IMG/VR virus record: IMGVR_UViG_3300044807_000039
Coordinates: 64,001 to 128,000 of that record
DNA length: 64,000 nucleotides
Strand: one strand, 5' to 3'
From: a virus
Taxonomy: Duplodnaviria; Heunggongvirae; Uroviricota; Caudoviricetes
Part shown: piece after piece, positions 1 through 7,278 of the stretch
How the letters are laid out: every line of letters begins with the position of its first letter
Numbering within the stretch: the stretch's first letter is position 1
Position numbers and translations under genes: made by a program
Notes under the pieces: model-generated
Told to the model about the DNA's origin: nothing
Databases searched by the model: none
What the model saw: only the letters and a program-made list of their open reading frames with translations

Positions 1-77
1 CCCGGATACCAAATTTGACCTCGTTTCTATTCAGGGTGTCATGCATTACCAGCACCAATAATTTGAAGGGTAAATAA

Positions 78-323
78 ATGCCTACGTTGTCGGAAGAAAT
101 CACCCACCTAGTTTCCGCTTGGATCGAAAGTGACCAGCCGTATTACCATCTAGCCCGTGACATTGCGAGCTATGACGTTTCGGCAATGGCTGCCATCCTT
201 ACGGAAGTTCTTAAAAGTGCCATGCCTGCCACTGCGGCGTGGCATACCGCACGCGAATTGTCCGCTGCCGATTACGACAAGGTGAATTGGCAAGAAATTG
301 CCGATACTCTTTTGGCGGAATGA
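78..323 (+). CDS. hypothetical early protein
   Basis: 81-aa ORF, RBS-like GAAGGG upstream, first gene of a tightly packed + strand cassette. Confidence 0.75.
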   Translation: MPTLSEEITHLVSAWIESDQPYYHLARDIASYDVSAMAAILTEVLKSAMPATAAWHTARELSAADYDKVNWQEIADTLLAE

Positions 324-329
324 AAGGGA

Positions 330-638
330 ATGATGAAAATCACAACCAACGGTGTCCCTAGGCTGGTAATCGATGGATATCAGCTAACGGCAACCGAACG
401 CGCGCAACTCGATTACATCGATTGGGATGCATACGATCGTGGGGAAGCTATTAGCGCTGAATTCTTTCGGTATCGTGGCGAGCTATACGATATTCACGAA
501 TTCGAGCGCTCAACTATCGATGGTTGGGATGGTATGCAATCGGATAGCTATTTCAGCGCAACGCTATTCCGATACGTGCGAGACGGTGACGACATTGATA
601 GCGACCGTGTAATTGTTGGTAGCTACTACTCCGGATAG
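330..638 (+). CDS. hypothetical early protein (acidic/aromatic, WDG..SDS(Y/F)FS motif)
   Basis: 102-aa ORF, RBS GAAAGGGA, abuts the next gene. Confidence 0.8.
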   Translation: MMKITTNGVPRLVIDGYQLTATERAQLDYIDWDAYDRGEAISAEFFRYRGELYDIHEFERSTIDGWDGMQSDSYFSATLFRYVRDGDDIDSDRVIVGSYYSG

Positions 639-914
639 ATGGAAGGAATTACTTTGTACCCTCTCAATGAGCACATTGAATTCGCACGGCAAGCGGGTTA
701 CCTCGATTTCACGCTAGCCGAACTGGAAGCAATGCCCACCCTTTCAGCTGCCCAAACGGCAGACTTGAAAATCGATTCCGACGGCGGTACCGAAAGGGTA
801 TGGCTCGAAAGGGTCGGTGCGGATAGCGGAATGGAATACGACAATAAGGTCACTGTCGAATTCTATCTACCGTATACCGGTTGGTTTATCGTTGCCGAAT
901 ATGAGGCGGAATGA
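639..914 (+). CDS. hypothetical early protein
   Basis: 91-aa ORF starting immediately after the previous stop. Confidence 0.8.
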   Translation: MEGITLYPLNEHIEFARQAGYLDFTLAELEAMPTLSAAQTADLKIDSDGGTERVWLERVGADSGMEYDNKVTVEFYLPYTGWFIVAEYEAE

Positions 915-915
915 T

Positions 916-1167
916 ATGTCAAAATTCGACCAAACCGAATTGTCCGTGTGCCTGGTTTGCATTCACATCCTGGCAAACGGTGAATTTAATGATGGTACGG
1001 ACGCCGCTGAAAAGTGCTCGGCTAAAATGGTCGCTATTTGGGGGAGTGATACCCAACATATTTCAGCGGGTGACAAGGATCTAGGCTTTTGCACGTCTAG
1101 TTGTGACACGTGCGGCGACACTTATCACGGTGACCGGTTCCAGGCAATTGCTTTAATTCCCAAATAG
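916..1167 (+). CDS. hypothetical protein with CxxC motifs
   Basis: Start moved from 817 to ATG 916 (MSKFDQ, RBS GAGGCGGA, follows TGA 912-914); CLVC and CDTC motifs. Confidence 0.75.
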   Translation: MSKFDQTELSVCLVCIHILANGEFNDGTDAAEKCSAKMVAIWGSDTQHISAGDKDLGFCTSSCDTCGDTYHGDRFQAIALIPK

Positions 1168-1174
1168 CTAGGTA

Positions 1175-1222
1175 GTCCCTAGTACGGTCTGTATGGACGT
1201 AGCCGCGAAAGCAACTAGGGAC
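1175..1222 (+). other. intergenic stem-loop (branched hairpin)
   Basis: GTCCCTAGT (1175-1183) pairs perfectly with ACTAGGGAC (1214-1222) and encloses two small hairpins, one with a GAAA loop. Confidence 0.55.
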
Positions 1223-1264
1223 ACTGCGCATAAGCGCGAACAATAACGGGAAAAGGAATAGCGA

Positions 1265-1447
1265 ATGTTTATTTATAACGTTAGGTATGTGGCTCTTTCT
1301 ACCGGCCGTCCTTCCGTTCGTCGCGTGTTTGCGGACAACGTTAAAAAGGCTCTTGCTAAATTCCCCGCTACCGAATATAGCGTGCGAGAAGTCAACCGCG
1401 TGGTTGCCGTTCGCCAGACCACAGTCAAACTCGTTATTTCCGAGTAG
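1265..1447 (+). CDS. hypothetical basic protein
   Basis: 60-aa ORF, RBS AAGGAA. Confidence 0.7.
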   Translation: MFIYNVRYVALSTGRPSVRRVFADNVKKALAKFPATEYSVREVNRVVAVRQTTVKLVISE

Positions 1448-1490
1448 CTTTTATCCATTCAATTAGAATAAAAATAAGAGGAGATTTAAA

Positions 1491-2090
1491 ATGGCTGAAA
1501 TTGAAATCAACGATCACGCTACCGCTAAGACCATTGCCGCTACCTACGGTGTCAAGTGGCCTGCCGGTCAGGGCCGTCACCCGGTTGTGGCGCTCTACAA
1601 CGCGATCGTTGCCGCTGGTGACACGGTGACCGGTTCCTACGTTCCTAATCCTAAGGCGACGCTTAAGCCTGCCGCACCTGGCGCACGTGACTACGCAATT
1701 TCGCGGACGGTTATGGTCGAACGGAAGACTAGCAAGGGCACTCGCAAGATGCCTTCGAAGGAAACAATCACGGTCAACGTTCGCGAAATTCGCGAGCTGA
1801 TGTCAAACACGGGTGTCCGTGGAAAGGTTGCCAAGTCCACCATTCTGGGAGCGCTTGCCGCATTGCGTGCGGCAAAGGATAGGACCACTGACTGGTCTGA
1901 TGACGATATCGCCAGTGCCGTTATCAAGCCTATTCCGGTCAAGGTCCCTAGCAAGTCCGCTAAGGCCGCTGTGAGCAAGGCTAAGCCTGCCGCTAAGCCT
2001 GCCAAGTCGCAGAGTAAGGGCAAGGACGCTACGGCGGTTGTGGACGCTGCCAGCGTGGCGGATAGCCTGCCGGAAACCGCTACCGCGTAG
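1491..2090 (+). CDS. putative Lsr2-like/histone-like DNA-binding protein (two AT-hook-like motifs plus Lys/Ala tail)
   Basis: 199-aa ORF with strong RBS GAGGAG; GVKWPAGQGRHP and IRELMSNTGVRGKVA resemble the Lsr2 C-terminal motif; KAKPAAKPAK tail. Confidence 0.55.
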   Translation: MAEIEINDHATAKTIAATYGVKWPAGQGRHPVVALYNAIVAAGDTVTGSYVPNPKATLKPAAPGARDYAISRTVMVERKTSKGTRKMPSKETITVNVREIRELMSNTGVRGKVAKSTILGALAALRAAKDRTTDWSDDDIASAVIKPIPVKVPSKSAKAAVSKAKPAAKPAKSQSKGKDATAVVDAASVADSLPETATA

Positions 2091-2150
2091 CTAGGCGCAA
2101 ATGTGGCTAGGTTGCGCTAGGAATTGCTAACCACATTCCTAGCGCTTCCT
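2091..2150 (+). terminator. stem-loop after the Lsr2-like gene (terminator or attenuator-like)
   Basis: GCGCTAGGAAT (2114-2124) / ATTCCTAGCGC (2135-2145), 11-bp perfect inverted repeat; the following U-tract is weak. Confidence 0.45.
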
Positions 2151-2187
2151 ATACGCAACAATGCGTGTTAGGGGAAAGGGTTTTGCA

Positions 2188-2361
2188 ATGGATATCTTTA
2201 CTTGTGATCAGAATGATTGCGATAACTTGGACGTCACGCGCACATGTTCCGAGTGCGCAGACGTTCCGGAAATTTCAACCAATCGGCGCGCGGGTATTGC
2301 AATTGCTCGCGCTTTCCGCGCGGGTATCGAGGTTGAAAGCTTTTACGGGGTGAACGCATGA
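2188..2361 (+). CDS. small Cys-containing hypothetical protein
   Basis: ATG 2188 with RBS GGAAAGGG; CxxxxC and CxxC motifs; ATGA overlap with the next gene. Confidence 0.6.
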   Translation: MDIFTCDQNDCDNLDVTRTCSECADVPEISTNRRAGIAIARAFRAGIEVESFYGVNA

Positions 2362-2603
2362 TTGATTCATTCAAATATGAGGGCCCGCGTACCGAAATTG
2401 AATGCAACATGTTCGGAGTTGCAAGCGGTTATGAATGGGCGTTTCAGGACTACGCCAGTGCAAGCGAAGGATTGCATAAGCGGGTACCGGCCGGTTGGGC
2501 TTATGCGTGGTTGGAATACAACCGGCGCAATGAATCGAGAATGTCTATTCAAATGGCGTTCCCAATGTGGCGCGCGGACGGCACATTGCCGGGGCTGGAT
2601 TAG
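2358..2603 (+). CDS. hypothetical early protein
   Basis: 81-aa ORF, ATGA overlap. Confidence 0.7.
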   Translation: MIDSFKYEGPRTEIECNMFGVASGYEWAFQDYASASEGLHKRVPAGWAYAWLEYNRRNESRMSIQMAFPMWRADGTLPGLD

Positions 2604-2671
2604 ATTCTAAGCGCTTTAAATGGCCTAGGGGTAGTGAGAGTGTCCCTAGGCGGTTTTGGTCGCTTACAATC
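2603..2671 (+). repeat. intergenic hairpin element family A, copy 1
   Basis: GATTCTAAGCG...CGCTTACAATC outer stem, CCTAGGG/CCCTAGG inner stem. Confidence 0.75.
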
Positions 2672-2688
2672 GACATAGGAGAAATAAA

Positions 2689-2868
2689 ATGACTGATGGA
2701 TTCTCGTTAAACATTGCTACGTCCGGCGTAACGTTTGATGATGCACGCAATTTTACCGTTGCGGAAATGCTGCGCGACATTGCGGAATTGCTGGAAGACG
2801 ACGTGTCAGGCGGCAATATTCGCGACGCTAACGGGAACACGGTCGGTAGCTTTGGATTCTCTAGCTAA
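2689..2868 (+). CDS. hypothetical protein
   Basis: ATG 2689 with RBS AGGAGA (track start 2656 shortened). Confidence 0.7.
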   Translation: MTDGFSLNIATSGVTFDDARNFTVAEMLRDIAELLEDDVSGGNIRDANGNTVGSFGFSS

Positions 2869-2869
2869 C

Positions 2870-2935
2870 GTTCTAAGCGCTTTAAATGCGTTGGGGGGGG
2901 TGAGAGTCCCCTAGCGCGTTTTGGACGCTTACAAC
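2870..2935 (+). repeat. intergenic hairpin element family A, copy 2
   Basis: Shares TTCTAAGCGCTTTAAAT, GTGAGAGT and GTTTTGG.CGCTTACAA with copy 1; inner stem differs in sequence but still pairs. Confidence 0.75.
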
Positions 2936-2961
2936 CCAAATTATAGGGAGTGGAATAGCCT

Positions 2962-3177
2962 TTGTATAACATTCGTGTTGAATTCTGGCAGGGCAAGCCT
3001 GGTAAATTCTCCAATGTCACAACCGAATATGTCGACATTGACGGGTTGAATCATCTAGTGATCAAAAGCGGTTCAAACATTGTTGCCGAATATCCGGAAT
3101 CAACCGTTTATGACGTGACTAAAAAGGTTGCGCCAATCAAGCGCACTAAGGTTGTCCAGAATGCTCATACCCGGTGA
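2962..3177 (+). CDS. hypothetical protein
   Basis: 71-aa ORF, TTG start, RBS GGAGTGG. Confidence 0.65.
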   Translation: MYNIRVEFWQGKPGKFSNVTTEYVDIDGLNHLVIKSGSNIVAEYPESTVYDVTKKVAPIKRTKVVQNAHTR

Positions 3178-3361
3178 TCTATTCGAGGTACCAACACGAA
3201 ACGGCAAGGCAGTAAGGAAGTGCCTAGCTAAGGCGTGGCAAGACAAACACGGAATATGGCATGTGCCATACGATGGGGGAGAGTATCAAGGTACAGAGCT
3301 ACCTAGCCCCCTTGGCTATGCTCCCTTTTGTTGGACTCGCAACGAACGCTATTACGAATAG
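3161..3361 (+). CDS. hypothetical protein
   Basis: ATG 3161 (MLIPGD) overlapping the end of the previous gene. Confidence 0.55.
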   Translation: MLIPGDLFEVPTRNGKAVRKCLAKAWQDKHGIWHVPYDGGEYQGTELPSPLGYAPFCWTRNERYYE

Positions 3362-3369
3362 GGGTAAAA

Positions 3370-3735
3370 ATGACTAGTGAATTAGCTTCCTACGTCCGGG
3401 CTGGTATTGCCGTACTGCCCGAACACATCCGAGAAGAAATTGCGGATGCTATTACGGTGGACGGATTTAGGATCAATATCAATAGTGTGCATAATTGCGT
3501 ACTGGGTATTGGTTACGTTTCGTGGCAAAGGGGAATGCGTAAGCTCGGACAGTTCGCCTATAGTAACGAGGGCGAAGAGTGGTCACGCGTACACGGATTC
3601 AGCGCGGGGAATAATGACTACGATATGTACGGCACCATTGCCGAAAGTGAGCGGCGTGGCGTAGAGCTGGAATACGTTGCACGCGTGCTCGCACGTATGT
3701 GGACCTATTACTTTACTCGGCTAGCCAACGGTTAA
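3370..3735 (+). CDS. hypothetical protein
   Basis: ATG 3370 (MTSEL) after AGGGGT RBS. Confidence 0.7.
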   Translation: MTSELASYVRAGIAVLPEHIREEIADAITVDGFRININSVHNCVLGIGYVSWQRGMRKLGQFAYSNEGEEWSRVHGFSAGNNDYDMYGTIAESERRGVELEYVARVLARMWTYYFTRLANG

Positions 3736-3738
3736 ATG

Positions 3739-3801
3739 CTTTATTGCTATTAGGTGTTGAGTCCTAATAGCGATATGGCCTTTAAACAATGGAAAGGGAA
3801 T
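3739..3801 (+). repeat. intergenic element family B, copy 1
   Basis: CTTTATTGCTATTAGG-loop-CCTAATAG...TAAACAATGGAAAGGGAAT directly upstream of ATG 3806. Confidence 0.75.
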
Positions 3802-3805
3802 ACAT

Positions 3806-4075
3806 ATGATTAACCTTAACGGTAAGACGGTAAGGATCAATACGGGCACCCCGCTTTTCGGCCAGGATAGCGCTGAAAACACCCTGATTATCGAGGCACC
3901 TTGGCAGGATATCGCGGGTAAGGGATGGATGGACTCCGCCGCGCAAGGCAATATGGCCGCATTCAATTACATGACGCGCGTTCGTGCTAATGATCTGCCG
4001 TACGATAATGACGTGGTGTACGGCAAGACTCCAAACGGCCTAGGGCACCTTATCCACGTTTCTGAAATCGTCTAG
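3806..4075 (+). CDS. hypothetical phage protein (LPxDxxVVYGK..GLGHL(I/V)HVSE motif)
   Basis: 89-aa ORF, RBS GGAAAGGGA. Confidence 0.8.
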   Translation: MINLNGKTVRINTGTPLFGQDSAENTLIIEAPWQDIAGKGWMDSAAQGNMAAFNYMTRVRANDLPYDNDVVYGKTPNGLGHLIHVSEIV

Positions 4076-4078
4076 GTA

Positions 4079-4139
4079 CTTTATTGCTATTGGGGTGGCG
4101 CCCAATAGTTTTATGGACCCTAAACAATGGAAAGGGAAT
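4079..4139 (+). repeat. intergenic element family B, copy 2
   Basis: CTTTATTGCTATTGGG-loop-CCCAATAG...TAAACAATGGAAAGGGAAT; compensatory A-T to G-C change in the stem relative to copy 1. Confidence 0.75.
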
Positions 4140-4144
4140 TGACA

Positions 4145-4543
4145 ATGTCTAAGAACCTTAGTGACATTATGGAATTTGATCACGTGATACGGGTACACGT
4201 TGGCGGCACGATTAGTGAGCCTGCGAAGGTGTATGCGCCGGAAATCTATATTACGTCCGACGTGGACGGCCAAATTAGTGCGGCTGATGACGCGTATATG
4301 ATCGAACGCGTTAAGGCGCAAGGTTGGGAATTGCTTACGGGCTATTCAGGCCAATATGGCTATTCCGGTCCGGTTATGCATCCGTCCGAATCAATCGGGG
4401 GAAGACTGGAAATGGATATTCGCAATACCCCCGGTTACTACGTTGCCCTTGTGGTTGACGATATCGACGAACTGAATACCAGTGACGACGATTACGAAAG
4501 CATCCCGGTTGGTTGGGCAGTAGCCTACCGCGAAACGGTCTAG
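4145..4543 (+). CDS. hypothetical actinophage protein (GYSGQYGYSGPVMHPSE motif)
   Basis: ATG 4145 follows the element B RBS; 132 aa. Confidence 0.8.
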   Translation: MSKNLSDIMEFDHVIRVHVGGTISEPAKVYAPEIYITSDVDGQISAADDAYMIERVKAQGWELLTGYSGQYGYSGPVMHPSESIGGRLEMDIRNTPGYYVALVVDDIDELNTSDDDYESIPVGWAVAYRETV

Positions 4544-4547
4544 GATC

Positions 4548-4616
4548 GATTCTAAGCGGGTTTTAGCCTAGGGTAGGCATAAGTTGCCACCCTAGGCTTT
4601 AAATCTCCCTAGAATC
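4548..4616 (+). repeat. intergenic hairpin element family A, copy 3
   Basis: GATTCTA/TAGAATC outer stem, AGCCTAGGGT/ACCCTAGGCT inner stem, GGCA/TGCC apical stem. Confidence 0.65.
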
Positions 4617-4634
4617 AAAATGAGAGGCAATGCC

Positions 4635-4796
4635 ATGTATCGTTGGTTGACCTTGTGGGACGCTGAAAAGTCCGAGCCTGTCGACTTTGTTGTCTACGCG
4701 GACAATAAAGATACGGCCGTAGAGCTGGGTAGAAAAATGGTGCGAATCGTTTACGGTGTTGATCCCGTTCTCTTGAACATTAAAAAGCTCGATTAA
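4635..4796 (+). CDS. small hypothetical protein (53 aa, not in ORF track)
   Basis: ATG 4635, RBS GAGAGG, MYRWLTLWDAEKSEP...IKKLD*. Confidence 0.65.
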   Translation: MYRWLTLWDAEKSEPVDFVVYADNKDTAVELGRKMVRIVYGVDPVLLNIKKLD

Positions 4797-4835
4797 ACGG
4801 ACTGCCTATTAGAATCAAAATGAGAGGGTAGGACA

Positions 4836-5261
4836 ATGCTTTTTTTGCGGGTAGAGCACGGTAAGACCATTGATACCGCAACCGGTATCCACGCTGGCCC
4901 ATACCGTTCGTCATATCACGATGCTTTAAACGAGCAACAAAGCGACGAATTGCATGACATGTCCAGTGTGCACAGCAATCCGTTTACCCATCCCGTTATG
5001 CATTATGAATTCGATTTAGAGTACTTTGCCGCTAAACAATGGTGTTGCGGTTTTATCGGAGCCGAGCAAGCCATACAGTGGTTTGAGGGCTATTTCAAAT
5101 TGCTTGACGAAATAGGTTTCATGCTTAGTGCCTACGATTTAAATAGTGTGCAATTCGCTGAAAAGCAAGCTATTTGTTTGGTGAGTGAATTGAAAAGGGC
5201 GACACCAATTTCGGTCTATCCGTTAGCCCTGCTCAATTCAATTAGCGGGGGTATTAAATAA
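4836..5261 (+). CDS. hypothetical protein, possibly ADP-ribosyltransferase-like
   Basis: 141-aa ORF; N-terminal LRVEH strand, GPY, HP and GF motifs; the fold call is a guess. Confidence 0.6.
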   Translation: MLFLRVEHGKTIDTATGIHAGPYRSSYHDALNEQQSDELHDMSSVHSNPFTHPVMHYEFDLEYFAAKQWCCGFIGAEQAIQWFEGYFKLLDEIGFMLSAYDLNSVQFAEKQAICLVSELKRATPISVYPLALLNSISGGIK

Positions 5262-5290
5262 AGCTTTCGACCTATTGGAGGAAACGTTAA

Positions 5291-5494
5291 ATGCCAAGAT
5301 ATCAAATAGAGCTAAAGCTGAATAATGGCAAGTGGCTCTATGCAGTATTGAACAGTTCGGACGCGCAACTGTTCAATAAAAAATTCGCGGGCCTAAAGGC
5401 GACTAATGCCCAATTCGTGTTTATTACCGATAAGGGCAAAAGCATAAATTTACGCGGGGGAGAATGTAAAAGCATTGTCCTAAGGGTTGTATAA
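5291..5494 (+). CDS. hypothetical protein
   Basis: 67 aa, RBS GGAGG. Confidence 0.75.
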   Translation: MPRYQIELKLNNGKWLYAVLNSSDAQLFNKKFAGLKATNAQFVFITDKGKSINLRGGECKSIVLRVV

Positions 5495-5514
5495 GGGAAT
5501 AGAGAGAAAGAACA

Positions 5515-5718
5515 ATGGGAACGTTTATTACTAAGGTCCATTACGAGGGTACACGCAATACAAACTTTACTTTCGATAAAGCGGATAGGGAACTGGTAAT
5601 TAACGGTTTTAAGGAAGCCATTGAGAAAGAATGGTTGTCGATTAGCTTCAAGGCATTAGGTGCCAGTAAGGAATTGATTATCCCTTTACGTGGGGTGACC
5701 TCCATAGAGGTATTTTAA
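5515..5718 (+). CDS. hypothetical protein
   Basis: 67 aa, last gene of the + strand early cassette. Confidence 0.7.
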   Translation: MGTFITKVHYEGTRNTNFTFDKADRELVINGFKEAIEKEWLSISFKALGASKELIIPLRGVTSIEVF

Positions 5719-6798
5719 GCGAGGGGTAGGGTGCATATAGGGTATGCATACGCATTATATGCGTATGCATATATCTATATTCTACTGTAGGCGCATACCT
5801 ACTACATATGGTGTAGGGAATGAGGGAATATTGTATAAAGCAGATATTAATAAAAGCGTCGAAAAGCATTAAATAAAGGCGCATTTACCCCTAAAAAGCT
5901 TTAATTAACCCGCAAATGCATTAGAAAGGGCCTATATGCGTACAATAGCAAAGCCAATGTTTGTAATTATCTTTATTGCAATCATCATTCTTACCTACCT
6001 AGGTATGGATTGGGCCTTTGAATTCATTAAGGGCCTATTTAACTATAAGGCTACAGGGCACTAATCCTTTAATTGATTACTCTAAGGTGATATTGACCCT
6101 AGTCTGAAACAAACAATAATTACACACTGTTACATTAGCCTATATACGCGTCTATATGGGGGTGCTATAGGGAAAGGGTTGTATTAAGCTATACGCCTAC
6201 TCCCCTACTACCCCCGCCATATACCCCTAGGTGTGTATATAGGACCATACAAGGGCATACAGGGGTACATACGCATGGTGTGTGTACGTAGGGCATGGGT
6301 GTATGGGTGCATAGGCAGGCTCATAGCTAGGGCATGGTGTGCATGGTGGTGTACATAGGCGTACATACATACACATATAGCTATGCATATATAATTAAAT
6401 AGAATAGCAATACATATACCAATACCATTGTGCTAATAGGATAACGAGGGGTGAGTAGGATAGGGTATTAGCATTACTCTATTCTCTATTCATTCATAGT
6501 GATACATTCAATAGCTTAGCTCTATTCATTAGTATTGATCCCCGCATTTATTTTTAATTGAATACATATTCAAAAGAATGGCCCACCAATTGATTATTGA
6601 ATGGGCCATTCATTGAATTAGAATGCGAATTAAAATGCCTCCGAATATGTAAAAAGAATTGATTACCATTCTTTTCTTTACAATTCACAATTCATTTAAT
6701 GTGCGCACTATTTATTTAATTGTTTTTTCTTTCAACCCTACATCGTATACGTTACAAAGTTTGTATCAAAATGTTCCAATTAAAAAGTTACTTAAAGA
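5719..6798. other. long non-coding convergence region rich in palindromes and purine-pyrimidine alternation
   Basis: No credible ORF; 13-bp perfect inverted repeat at 5743-5771; CATA/TATG/GTGT-rich tract at about 6190-6400; AT-rich from 6400 to 6790. Confidence 0.7.
6576..6611. terminator. putative bidirectional terminator
   Basis: GAATGGCCCA / TGGGCCATTC 10-bp inverted repeat in AT-rich flanks between convergent arms. Confidence 0.5.
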
Positions 6799-7017
6799 CT
6801 AGGACCCTTTGCGAATCTTTTTGTATCCGCTTAATTTGATATCCCAAATCTTTTGCTCGTAATGTCTTTTCAATTCAAGCAAACCGGGGACACTAGAAGC
6901 TTGTCCTAGCATTGTTTCTACATATCCTCGCTTGGCTGTATTTTTCACCAATAGGGCCATGCTATCCAGAATCGTATCTATTCCTTTAATGGCTGCCTGA
7001 TAGTCTTCTATTTCCAT
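6799..7017 (-). CDS. hypothetical protein
   Basis: 72-aa ORF, TAATG coupling to the upstream gene. Confidence 0.7.
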   Translation of the reverse strand: MEIEDYQAAIKGIDTILDSMALLVKNTAKRGYVETMLGQASSVPGLLELKRHYEQKIWDIKLSGYKKIRKGS

Positions 7018-7184
7018 TACTTCCTAAACCCCGGTTCTTCTATTGCTGCTCTAAGGTCATCTATTAGTCTAAGTTGGGACAATAGAATCAATTCCTCCCG
7101 GCTGGATTTTGTTTTCAAAAACTCCTCGCCGAGTTCTTCTTCTTTGTTATTAAGCCATACGTTTAGGCTCTGCTCAAAATCCAT
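7017..7184 (-). CDS. small hypothetical protein (55 aa, not in track)
   Basis: MDFEQSLNVW...EPGFRK*, TAATG overlaps at both ends. Confidence 0.7.
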   Translation of the reverse strand: MDFEQSLNVWLNNKEEELGEEFLKTKSSREELILLSQLRLIDDLRAAIEEPGFRK

Positions 7185-7276
7185 TATGGTCTCCATAATC
7201 TATAGAGCTTGACCCCACACCAAAGGATCCCAAGCCCAATTACTGCGAGGAATCCAATGGCAAAGGTTATGGTCAT
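7184..7276 (-). CDS. 30-aa single-TM membrane peptide (not in track)
   Basis: MTITFAIGFLAVIGLGILWCGVKLYRLWRP*, coupled by TAATG to the next gene. Confidence 0.6.
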   Translation of the reverse strand: MTITFAIGFLAVIGLGILWCGVKLYRLWRP

Positions 7277-7278
7277 TA

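Noticed and set aside
1168-1240. Hammerhead ribozyme in the three-way junction
   Set aside because: GAAA is present, but the CUGAnGA core is not (the sequence reads CTGTATGGA).
5678-5884. Track ORF of 68 aa in the palindromic zone
   Set aside because: Low-complexity translation of RY-alternating DNA, antisense to the end of 5515..5718, no RBS.
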